The translations under genes were made by a program, and so were the position numbers. The notes under the pieces are model-generated. The model saw only the letters and a program-made list of their open reading frames with translations, was not told where the DNA came from and ran no database searches. Shown here one piece after another: positions 18,502 to 26,842 of a stretch of DNA of 64,000 nucleotides (positions are counted from its first letter, which is position 1; every line of letters starts with the position of its first letter). Location: the sequence record NC_049849.1. One strand, given 5' to 3'.

Positions 18502-18817
18502 TTTTCGATTTCTCCTTTATGCCGGTATCGACGATTTCGATCTGCGCCATACCTGGAGCAATATCGAACACCTTTACCGTACCATGAGGGAACTGTGCTT
18601 CGTACCGGCGCTTGTCTTTCAGGTGTACGAACTTCGCCTTAGACATTTCCTTAACCAGTACGTCTGCACTCTTGTTAGCGGAGTACAAAAGCGTATGCCC
18701 CAGGCCGTAAGTGACCTGGGGTGTTATGTTGGACTTCAGCCCTAGCTCTTGCAAGAACTTTCGTCCGGCCGCTTTGTCGCTCACTGCATGAAGCCGGAGT
18801 GCGGCGAGGATTTGCAT
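18488..18817 (-). CDS. Leader-bearing small protein, 109 aa (start MQILAALRLHA)
   Basis: GGAG-TTAACA-ATG at 18817; leader motif. Confidence 0.7.
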   Translation of the reverse strand: MQILAALRLHAVSDKAAGRKFLQELGLKSNITPQVTYGLGHTLLYSANKSADVLVKEMSKAKFVHLKDKRRYEAQFPHGTVKVFDIAPGMAQIEIVDTGIKEKSKSAYS

Positions 18818-18819
18818 TG

Positions 18820-19056
18820 TTAACTCCAACGTTTAGCGTGGTTCTTCCAGCGCTCCAGCTCTTCGGGGTCGGGATTGTTGCGCCCGGCCGCACTGTTGCG
18901 CCAACCGTGGTACCACTCCTCGGCGTCGAACGAATTAGCCGGATAGGGGCAGTCATTACGCGCTGCACCGTTGTCACCATCGGCTTGACCTTTACGAAAC
19001 GCCGGTGTGATATCGCCCATCGAAGCTTGCAGTCTCACGGCAGCTTTGATTTGCAT
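18820..19056 (-). CDS. Leader-bearing ribosome modulation factor (Rmf/CrpP)-like protein, 78 aa
   Basis: MQIKAAVRLQA then AFRKGQADGDNGAARNDCPYPANSFDAEEWYHGWR, matching the RMF pattern G..AG..G.....CPY.......W..GW. Confidence 0.6.
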   Translation of the reverse strand: MQIKAAVRLQASMGDITPAFRKGQADGDNGAARNDCPYPANSFDAEEWYHGWRNSAAGRNNPDPEELERWKNHAKRWS

Positions 19057-19580
19057 TACTGCTCCTTTGCAACGACGCGGGCTTTAGGAGCCAGCACTTC
19101 GTAGATGTAACTCGTATTGTTGTAGCGATGCACCGACAGATTCAACTCTTTAGCCTGAGCGGCATCAATCGGCTTACCCGTGTAGTACCAGAGTATGACC
19201 TTTTCGATCTGCGGCAGCGTCACGTTCTTTGGTTTGCGTTTGATCTTGCCAGCCTTGTAGCAGCCGTCACGCTCTAGCACATCCATCAAAACGTTCAGCC
19301 AACTGGAGTGGCCTGCTGCTGATTTGCCAACAGGTTCCATGCGGTACACGTTGTCGCCGTACGGTGCAGAGTCTTTCGGATTCCGTGACAAGAAAATGCA
19401 CTTCATGCGAGAGACTCCGATGCCAAGCTGCGCACGAGCCCACTCGAAGACTTGCTCTACCACACCCATGCGTTGATTCGACGGCTTGGCAGTAATGACC
19501 TTACCGATCGGCAAGTCCGCAGTCGTTCCATGGTAGAGCGGCTGCGATGCTTGCAATCTCACGGCAGCTTGAATTTCCAT
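19056..19580 (-). CDS. Leader-bearing H-type ADP-ribosyltransferase-fold protein (Arr-like), 174 aa
   Basis: MEIQAAVRLQA; LYHGT, IFLSRNP...YGDNVYRMEP, C-terminal IYEVL. Confidence 0.6.
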   Translation of the reverse strand: MEIQAAVRLQASQPLYHGTTADLPIGKVITAKPSNQRMGVVEQVFEWARAQLGIGVSRMKCIFLSRNPKDSAPYGDNVYRMEPVGKSAAGHSSWLNVLMDVLERDGCYKAGKIKRKPKNVTLPQIEKVILWYYTGKPIDAAQAKELNLSVHRYNNTSYIYEVLAPKARVVAKEQ

Positions 19581-19584
19581 TTTG

Positions 19585-19827
19585 TTAGCCTTCAATAGCT
19601 TTGATGAGAGGCAGCAGTTCTTTCAACTTGGCTTGAACGATCTTGGTCAGCTTTTTCTTCGACGCGCTTTCCAGTGCCGAAGCTGCTGCATCCAGTTGGC
19701 GCTCAACATCAGCACCACGTTGGCGCAACAGTGCAGGAATGTTGCCAATGTCGCCAGTCTTGATAGCATCGGCAATCGCATTAGCTGCCACACCTGCTTG
19801 AAGTCTTGCCTGTGCTTGGATTTGCAT
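19585..19827 (-). CDS. Leader-bearing small helical protein, 80 aa
   Basis: MQIQAQARLQA, preceded by GAGGA RBS. Confidence 0.7.
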   Translation of the reverse strand: MQIQAQARLQAGVAANAIADAIKTGDIGNIPALLRQRGADVERQLDAAASALESASKKKLTKIVQAKLKELLPLIKAIEG

Positions 19828-19835
19828 TTCAGTCC

Positions 19836-20219
19836 TCACTTAACGTTCATGACTCGGAAGATGATGCGCACGTTGTCGCCGTCCGGTACCACGACCATGC
19901 GCGTAGTCCACGAAGGAGCATCCTTGTTAGAGAGCGCCTTGTTCCACGAAACATAGGCCTTAGCTTTCGGGCCTTGTGCAATCGGCGGGTCATACTTGGA
20001 CTTGTGCGCAAAGTCGAACTGGAATTTGCGGACCAGCTTCTTCACAGCCTCCTTCGCTTCTGCGGGACTAACCGTAGCAGAGTACGTAGCAGCGCTGCCG
20101 CCTACGCCGTGATCACCAACGAGGTCGAGGCCGGATACTTCTTTGAGCAGTGGAGCGACTTGGTAGAGCGCACGGCTGTTAGCTGTGACTCGAAGTCTTG
20201 CGCGTGCTTGGATTAGCAT
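19836..20219 (-). CDS. Leader-bearing protein, 127 aa
   Basis: MLIQARARLRV, preceded by GAGGA RBS. Confidence 0.7.
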   Translation of the reverse strand: MLIQARARLRVTANSRALYQVAPLLKEVSGLDLVGDHGVGGSAATYSATVSPAEAKEAVKKLVRKFQFDFAHKSKYDPPIAQGPKAKAYVSWNKALSNKDAPSWTTRMVVVPDGDNVRIIFRVMNVK

Positions 20220-20227
20220 TTCAGTCC

Positions 20228-20656
20228 TCACTTGATGCAAGAGGCAACGAACTTGTCGATACCGTCGCGCATGGTCCTGGATTTGAACTTGACGCGGGCA
20301 GCTTCCTTCTGCACTTGCTTGCCAACCGTGCCCAACATAGCAGCGTGTGCCTTTTTGAGGTCGACCGGAATGACCACGTCTTGATTGCCCATGTCGAAAC
20401 GAATACGCAGAAGGCCGCTCGAATCGAACTCGTCAATGACTTCAATCTTGCCACGACTGTTATCCGATTCTTCTTGCGAGAGCCACCACAAATACATGGG
20501 TTCGCCGTTAGCCGTGCGCTTCACCTGAGCCGTGATTCCGAAGGCAAAGGATATACGCGAAGTGACTGCGGCGATTAGTTTGGCAACCGGAGAGGGGCGT
20601 TTGGCAGGCACTCCGGCAGCCGTGAGATTAAGCCGTGCTGCTGCTTGAATAATCAT
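20228..20656 (-). CDS. Leader-bearing protein, 142 aa
   Basis: MIIQAAARLNL. Confidence 0.7.
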   Translation of the reverse strand: MIIQAAARLNLTAAGVPAKRPSPVAKLIAAVTSRISFAFGITAQVKRTANGEPMYLWWLSQEESDNSRGKIEVIDEFDSSGLLRIRFDMGNQDVVIPVDLKKAHAAMLGTVGKQVQKEAARVKFKSRTMRDGIDKFVASCIK

Positions 20657-20665
20657 TTCATTCCT

Positions 20666-21187
20666 TTAGAGGTCTAGTTGCATAACGGGTTTCATGGTCG
20701 TAGCCGAACTACAAATAGCGATGACTTCTTTCTGATCGCCGTAGTCTAAAACCTCTTGAAAGTTTCGAGCGCGAGAGTCTTCGATCTTGGCGGACTTCAA
20801 GTACTGCATGATTTTCTTTGCCCACTCAAAAGTGAAGACTTGTTTGAAGTTGTCCACTTGATACACTGTGCCATTCAGCTGACCAATGCTGTCACCTAAG
20901 AACTCCCACTCTTCTGGTTTGTTCAGCGTAGTGAACGAAGCTACTCTGCGCACATCGAGCTTCGTACGCTCCGATATCCAATAGTAGGGACCACGCACGG
21001 GTACGAAAGGAACTGCGTCTACAAGGGGCCGTAGATGCTTCACCACAAACTGAGGAGTCAGATACTTAGAGTGCACACTGGACGACTGAGCCACGTAAGA
21101 ATTAAGCCAGTCAACAGCATCCAATACTGCCTCATTAGAAGCATCAGTGCTGGCAGCGCGTAGACGCAACGCTGCTTGAATAATCAT
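20666..21187 (-). CDS. Leader-bearing protein, 173 aa, possibly a degenerate ART fold
   Basis: MIIQAALRLRA; VASFTT and GDQKEVIAI resemble the SxT and QxE motifs, but the R is missing (PYYW). Confidence 0.6.
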   Translation of the reverse strand: MIIQAALRLRAASTDASNEAVLDAVDWLNSYVAQSSSVHSKYLTPQFVVKHLRPLVDAVPFVPVRGPYYWISERTKLDVRRVASFTTLNKPEEWEFLGDSIGQLNGTVYQVDNFKQVFTFEWAKKIMQYLKSAKIEDSRARNFQEVLDYGDQKEVIAICSSATTMKPVMQLDL

Positions 21188-22488
21188 TTGACTTTCCCTT
21201 GCATGATTAGCGCGATCTTGCGCAATTGGTTGTCGGTGAGCTTGAACTTGTCGCGCATGAACTCAATGTCGTACAGGTTCAACGTGATGCCGCCTGCAGT
21301 CGAATCCAGAGAGAACGAAATGACATACTGCTCGCCGGCCTTCTCAATCTTGGCGCGCATCTTCGCGTTCTTCTTCGACTGCAGCATTTCCTTGATTTCT
21401 TGATTCAGCTGCGCAGCCATCTTGATTGCCGACTCTTTGTTGACGCCAGCATTCTTGCGAGTCTTGAAGACCAGACCGGTATCAGAGACGGTGACCGAAT
21501 CAAGATAGTCACGGTAGCTGAAGTCGGAGCGCTTGATGGCCGACGGATCAACCTTGAGCTGCAACGCCAGAGGAATCACACCCAAAGAACTCGAGAAGTT
21601 TTCGAGGTCGAGTAGATTGGCAATGGCCTTCACGGCTTGCTGCACATTCGTGACTTCGATTCCCGAACCAGAGTTCTGGAGTTGCTCAGGCAGTTCGAAG
21701 TCGTGCGTCAGATAGACCTTGACCGAAGCATCCTCATCGGCACTGCCCATCACCCACTGCACAGTGATGTACAGAGTCTTGGCGACTTCGCCATCAGCAT
21801 TCATCGCTTCCTGAATCATCAGGTAGTTGGTGAACGTGATAGAGCCTTTCGGCGAGACGTTGATGTAGAGGAAGCTGTGTGCATCCGAATGAACAACGTG
21901 CTCACTGACTTCGGCAGCCAGAGCATCAACGTATTGCTTGAACTGCTTGGGCACATGCGCGCTGGCCACTTCGTTCAGGAACGAGAAGGCAGTCTGCATC
22001 TGCTGTTGAATCGCTTGCTTGATGAACGCGATTTCGTTCCTGGCCTTTTCAGTCTGCGACGAGTCAGCGAACTGCATACCCATTTGGGTTTCAATCGACT
22101 CGAGCGCTTGCCACTTCTGATGCAAGTCCGCGAGAATCGAGTACTGATCCTTCAGCTTCTTGAGGTTCGGCACGATTACCTTCTCGGCATTCGGGTCGAT
22201 CTTGCGCTTCAGGTTCTGCAGTTTCTTTTTGTCCGAGCCACCGGGGCTGGAAATCTTGAAGGTCTCCAATGCTGCCGACAACGGGCGATCCGTCTTGGCC
22301 TTCTGATCCAGAGTAGCCAGCACGGTCTTGGTCGACAACGCTTTGATAGTGAACTCGGTGGGTCGCGCCAGCTTGGCCAAGAGCTTGACTTGCTGATTCA
22401 GCACTTGGTTGGACTCGCGCAGGTCCGACTTCATCTTTTGAAGATACTTGATAACGTCTTCAACGTATCGAAACTTGGGTAGTTCCAT
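21184..22488 (-). CDS. Probable virion structural protein, 434 aa
   Basis: Long ORF with AAGGA RBS; N-terminal coiled coil. Confidence 0.65.
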   Translation of the reverse strand: MELPKFRYVEDVIKYLQKMKSDLRESNQVLNQQVKLLAKLARPTEFTIKALSTKTVLATLDQKAKTDRPLSAALETFKISSPGGSDKKKLQNLKRKIDPNAEKVIVPNLKKLKDQYSILADLHQKWQALESIETQMGMQFADSSQTEKARNEIAFIKQAIQQQMQTAFSFLNEVASAHVPKQFKQYVDALAAEVSEHVVHSDAHSFLYINVSPKGSITFTNYLMIQEAMNADGEVAKTLYITVQWVMGSADEDASVKVYLTHDFELPEQLQNSGSGIEVTNVQQAVKAIANLLDLENFSSSLGVIPLALQLKVDPSAIKRSDFSYRDYLDSVTVSDTGLVFKTRKNAGVNKESAIKMAAQLNQEIKEMLQSKKNAKMRAKIEKAGEQYVISFSLDSTAGGITLNLYDIEFMRDKFKLTDNQLRKIALIMQGKVK

Positions 22489-22511
22489 TTCAATCCTTGC
22501 TGGTTGATTAT

Positions 22512-23783
22512 TTATGTACGGTACGGGCCGCGTGAATTATCGCGAACCTCGACAGTGGTTCTGTTCTTGGTGGGGATGCGACCGCGCACCGGCAGTAGGC
22601 GCTGAGGCTCGCCAGGCTGTAAGACTCGGACGTTAGTTTCCCAACCCAACGTTTTTCGATTACGAGTGTTCCATATCGGAGTGCCCTGTACAATGTAGTG
22701 TTTGCCGTAAGTCGAATCGGTGATGATATCCTCACTGGACACTGCCACGATGTTCGGACTCAGCACGATTTGGAACGGCTCCGTTTGGTCGAGCTTAGAG
22801 ATATCGTTGCCATCGGTCAGGCGTGGAAACTCGAACCACATGGATGTTTGGCTAGTATTAAATTGAAGTTCCAAGTGCGTCCATGCCTCTGCCTCGGGGT
22901 CTTCACGTTGAGTACTCTTCGGCACCACGCGTAGCACATGGGGCTTGCCATCGCACATCGTAACCAGGTGAGGCGCGCTGTTGACTTTCACCGAGTCTAC
23001 ATAAAGGTCAAAGCCTTTCTTCTGGTCGTAGTTGAACAGCGTAATCGAGTCCATGTGGATGACCAGTCGAGGCAATACGACTCGCACTTCGAAGCTGCCG
23101 TAGCCGATGAACGGGCGCTTCGATTCATCGAGATAGCCTTGCGATCCGAACTCAACATCCTGCGGAGTAACAATGGTGCGCACGGCATTGGTCGGAATGT
23201 AGCCGCCGATGAAACCCGTACCAAAGCAGATGGGACATGCGTAGTCCGTACTGCCCAAGGTGTTCTGATCGAAATCAGCAATCACCTCGTCGAAGTCGAA
23301 CTCAGTCAAGTTGCCGTTGTCGTTCATGCCTTCAGTCATCACCAGCTCATTCGGATACTCACCGCCGTGGCTGCCAATGTCATAGGTGTTACCGCGGAAC
23401 TTCTCGCCCCCATTAGGGCTGGTCTGCGTGACCTTGAAAGGGCTGAGCACTTGGTCGACTGGCTGGTCAAAGACTTCGGCACCGTAAGGTCGAACTCCAA
23501 AGTCCTTGCCGGTCAGCAGTTCGTTGATCGTGCCCTTAGAGGCTTTACCCTCACGGTCCAAGATTGTATTTACGATTGCGCCTGCGCCTTGGCAGCTGCA
23601 GTTCTTGCCACTGTGCATACGCTGGTACAGGATACCGTCGTAGCCTTGGACTTGAAAGGCTGCTAGGTAGCGGCGCTGCTGCACATCAACGATGCCTTCC
23701 AAGGCTTGCTTGGCATTGTCGACTGCTCGAGCGTTGGCAGGCAGCACCCGATTGTTGGTTCGGTTAGCTGAATAGAATGGCAT
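22512..23783 (-). CDS. Putative neck/head-completion protein, 423 aa (start MPFYSA)
   Basis: CSC and CPICFGTGFIGGY motifs and a C-terminal beta barrel (EDIITDSTYGKHYIV); AAGGA RBS. Confidence 0.5.
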   Translation of the reverse strand: MPFYSANRTNNRVLPANARAVDNAKQALEGIVDVQQRRYLAAFQVQGYDGILYQRMHSGKNCSCQGAGAIVNTILDREGKASKGTINELLTGKDFGVRPYGAEVFDQPVDQVLSPFKVTQTSPNGGEKFRGNTYDIGSHGGEYPNELVMTEGMNDNGNLTEFDFDEVIADFDQNTLGSTDYACPICFGTGFIGGYIPTNAVRTIVTPQDVEFGSQGYLDESKRPFIGYGSFEVRVVLPRLVIHMDSITLFNYDQKKGFDLYVDSVKVNSAPHLVTMCDGKPHVLRVVPKSTQREDPEAEAWTHLELQFNTSQTSMWFEFPRLTDGNDISKLDQTEPFQIVLSPNIVAVSSEDIITDSTYGKHYIVQGTPIWNTRNRKTLGWETNVRVLQPGEPQRLLPVRGRIPTKNRTTVEVRDNSRGPYRT

Positions 23784-23791
23784 GATTATCC

Positions 23792-24841
23792 TTACGGTGG
23801 ATTGATGCTTGCAAGAGGAGTTCGGTACCAGCCTGCGGACGATCCTGCTATCCAGTACTTGGTTGTCGCAGCCAGATACGACAGGATCGTCGGCGGATTC
23901 GGCGGCAGCTTGTAATACTGCCACGTCGGCCAGACGGTACGAGTCGCCATCGGAGTATTGGCCGGAAATCCAAGCATCATGACAACGCCATCCGGACCTG
24001 CTGCTCCGCGAGAACCCGCAGAATTTAGGTTGATCGGGAACCACGTTGTCATATTGTGACTATAGATCGCATAAGTCAAGTCGCCTGGAGCAGAGCCAGC
24101 ATATCCGACCCACGTATCGACACCTGTGTAATCACCAGCGTAGAAGAAGTTATGTGCGATAGGAGTTCCCGTTTTTCCTTGCACCTGAAGCGTCTGTATT
24201 GCCGACCACGATGCTCCGAAGTTCGTCGAGTATATGTATTCGCCACGCTGAGGGCTTCCGTTAAAGACGATGTTGGCGTAGACGTTTCCTTTGCCGTCGG
24301 CGACGACTTGACGGAAGGATCGAGTTCCGGTGATCGTCACGACGTTCGCAGTGGGCATCGTCGCCATGCCATTCGTGCTGATCCGCAAAACTTGAGGGCC
24401 AGTAACGTACACTCGATTGGGGTCGCTCGGCTCAACGCAGTAGCTGCACCCATTGGAGAATCCAGTGTCAATCGCAGTTCCCCACGTTTGGCCCGAGTCC
24501 TCAGTCAGATAGTATTTGGATACGTCGCCAGCAACCCCGGTATAGAAGACTCCTAGATACTTGGTCCCTGTCAGGTTGATGGAAGTGTTGAGTAGGTAGC
24601 CATTAGGAAGAGGCGGAGTGAGCTCTGACCAGGTGTCTCCACCATCAGCACTGTATGCTGTGTAGCCCTGGTAGACGCCGGGAGTCGCCGTCGTAGTGTA
24701 ACCTCCAACAAATACGTCATCGCCGCCGTTACCAGAGAGCGCGTTGTTCCAGACAACAGGTGGAGTGCCGGGAAAGGTTGAATTTGGAATGCTCTTCCAT
24801 ACGGACTGAGCTCCGCCTGAAGCTGTGATGCCAGGTATCAT
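23792..24841 (-). CDS. Asp-box (BNR) beta-propeller protein, probable receptor-binding component, 349 aa (start MIPGITA)
   Basis: YSADGGDTWS, LTEDSGQTWG and YSTNFGASWS Asp boxes. Confidence 0.7.
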   Translation of the reverse strand: MIPGITASGGAQSVWKSIPNSTFPGTPPVVWNNALSGNGGDDVFVGGYTTTATPGVYQGYTAYSADGGDTWSELTPPLPNGYLLNTSINLTGTKYLGVFYTGVAGDVSKYYLTEDSGQTWGTAIDTGFSNGCSYCVEPSDPNRVYVTGPQVLRISTNGMATMPTANVVTITGTRSFRQVVADGKGNVYANIVFNGSPQRGEYIYSTNFGASWSAIQTLQVQGKTGTPIAHNFFYAGDYTGVDTWVGYAGSAPGDLTYAIYSHNMTTWFPINLNSAGSRGAAGPDGVVMMLGFPANTPMATRTVWPTWQYYKLPPNPPTILSYLAATTKYWIAGSSAGWYRTPLASINPP

Positions 24842-24887
24842 GTTTAGCCTTTTGCTATAGGGGTGATGACAAGCTTGGTGCCGGCAA

Positions 24888-25304
24888 TCATGCGTCGGGC
24901 ACTCCTGCTCCAAAGATGAACAAGTCGTCAATGTACTCGTCACTCCACTTCATTAGGTCTTGCATGTACTTGACGGTCGGCGATTGGCGACGCCAACTGG
25001 TCGCACGTTGATAGGCCAGCCTGTACAGCAGAGGAGTCTCGGGGTCGCTGAAATACGACTCGATGATTTCCAAATGCCCATAGTGCGCCAGAGCAGCCAA
25101 GCCTTGGAACGGCGTGATTTCTTCGGGAACCGGAGTGGTGACCACAGGCTCAGGCAGCTCATCAACTCGTACCAACGTCAATGGATTGTCGAGCTTCAAT
25201 CCAGTCGACGTATAGAACTCAAGGCCCAACTCAGTCTCAACCACTTGCACGTCATCATCAAACGACCAGTGCTCTTCGGTCGCAGTGTCCTTAAAGTATT
25301 GCAT
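24888..25304 (-). CDS. Putative tail-fibre assembly chaperone, 138 aa
   Basis: Directly downstream of a fibre gene; ATSWRRQSP..MQDLMKWSDEYIDDLF resembles phage fibre chaperone C-termini. Confidence 0.55.
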   Translation of the reverse strand: MQYFKDTATEEHWSFDDDVQVVETELGLEFYTSTGLKLDNPLTLVRVDELPEPVVTTPVPEEITPFQGLAALAHYGHLEIIESYFSDPETPLLYRLAYQRATSWRRQSPTVKYMQDLMKWSDEYIDDLFIFGAGVPDA

Positions 25305-25315
25305 ACCAGTTCCTG

Positions 25316-26842
25316 TTATCTAAGTTCTTGCCATTTGACCACGGCTGCACCAGACACGTCTACTCGATAGATCGAACCAACAGGAACGACCAGCGTTGCG
25401 GGTATCGAGTTGCCAGCTGTTGGATAGTAGGCAACGGCTGCTGGATCGCTGTCCATAGTAATCAGCACGTAGCCGTTGGTGGCTTGCGTAGCTGCATAGA
25501 TGTAGACCACAATGGGCAACGAAGTTGTGTTTTGATAGTTGGTAGCCACAGAACGGCTGGCAGTCACGTTCTGCTTGGTCTGCGCAACACCAAAGCCGCC
25601 ACCTCCGCTACTGCCACCAATCTCAACCCAATCGTACCACGTCAGCGAAGTCGTGAATCGATTACGAACGAAGATACGAGGAGTGAGCCCCGAGCCACTG
25701 CGCGTCGTGTAGCGCTGCATCACTTGCAAGTTGCCGAGAGGTGCTTGCACGACTTCGAGGACGCCAGCGACCTGCACCGGATAGTTCAGAGCGCCTGTCG
25801 CTGTAGCATCCGAGTTCACGTAATACGTACCCGGTGCCGTAACGTCATTTAGATTTTGTGTGGTCAGCTGATTGGCTACTGAGGTCGTTGCCCACGGAGT
25901 CCAAACGTTGGTGACCAATGAGCGATAGAAAACCATGTTCAGGTTCGCTGCATAGTAGACCTGAGTAACGCCAGACGTGACCGCAATGCCTGACCCGTAA
26001 GCCGCAGTCGAATACACTTCCATGTAGCCAGAGAAAGGCGCCGGGAAGTTTGTACCAGACTGCGCAATAGCCGTAGTCGGAATCTGATAGACGCCACGCT
26101 CCAGCACGTTGTTCAAGTCCGCACCGGTATTCAAAAATGGGTTGTACGTGGTGCCGTTGTAGTTGGTTAAGAGTTCAACCCAAGTGGTAAAGCTGCCGGT
26201 GCCTTTGGTGCGGATAAAGCAACGACGCGTAACTGCATTGGTCGTGAAGGTCGTATAGCGTTGCAGCACTGTGGTATTGCTGTTGGCGATCACTTCGAGG
26301 AAGCCAGGCAGAGCCACTGGATAATTCGTACCTGCGTCTGCACCACCTTGAGTAGCTTGAACGAAAGCATCAGAGCTCACGTAGTCATCAAGGTTGTGCG
26401 CGCTGCTAGGCAACAATCTCGCTAGCTCTTGGTTCGTTAGCTCGCCCCACTGAGTCCAAGTCGTAGTGTCAGCGCCGGTCTTGACTCGGACATAACGACG
26501 CACTGGGTTCGTGCGCGTCGTGTACTCTTGGACTGTGGCACTACCGAAGGCGTAGATTTCCAGGAAGCCCTGCTGTGCAATCGGATAGTTGTAGTCGGTC
26601 AGCGGGATCGCGGTCGTGCCTTGATAGAAGTTGCCGGGCTCCAGGTACGTATTCAAGTCGTGTGCCGTGGTGGGCAGTAGACTCGAGTACGAAGTCCTGG
26701 GCTCTACAACCTGACCCGATGCGTTTGCGAAATACAGCCGCTCGTCTGCAGTGTTGAGTGCCAAGCGGCCGGCAGGCATGTTGCCTTGAGTTGGCTTAGC
26801 TCCCGGCGTGCTCGATCTGTAGACTTTGAAAAGATTAGCCAT
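25316..26842 (-). CDS. Tail fibre with four knob-type repeats, 508 aa
   Basis: Repeats DLNTYLEPGNFYQ, NLDDYVSSDAFVQ, DLNNVLERGVYQ and NLNDVTAPGTYYV, each followed by YP...G.LEV...Q.YT. Confidence 0.8.
   Translation of the reverse strand: MANLFKVYRSSTPGAKPTQGNMPAGRLALNTADERLYFANASGQVVEPRTSYSSLLPTTAHDLNTYLEPGNFYQGTTAIPLTDYNYPIAQQGFLEIYAFGSATVQEYTTRTNPVRRYVRVKTGADTTTWTQWGELTNQELARLLPSSAHNLDDYVSSDAFVQATQGGADAGTNYPVALPGFLEVIANSNTTVLQRYTTFTTNAVTRRCFIRTKGTGSFTTWVELLTNYNGTTYNPFLNTGADLNNVLERGVYQIPTTAIAQSGTNFPAPFSGYMEVYSTAAYGSGIAVTSGVTQVYYAANLNMVFYRSLVTNVWTPWATTSVANQLTTQNLNDVTAPGTYYVNSDATATGALNYPVQVAGVLEVVQAPLGNLQVMQRYTTRSGSGLTPRIFVRNRFTTSLTWYDWVEIGGSSGGGGFGVAQTKQNVTASRSVATNYQNTTSLPIVVYIYAATQATNGYVLITMDSDPAAVAYYPTAGNSIPATLVVPVGSIYRVDVSGAAVVKWQELR

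Noticed and set aside
19825-20233. CRISPR-like repeat from the identical 17-nt junctions
   Set aside because: There are only two copies about 390 nt apart, and they are explained by stop-RBS-start sequence; no regular spacer array exists.
8975-21187. Leader interpreted as a Sec/Tat signal peptide or a eukaryotic RxLR/PEXEL export motif
   Set aside because: It has no hydrophobic h-region and no twin arginine, is too short, and sits in a phage late-gene context; the resemblance is superficial.
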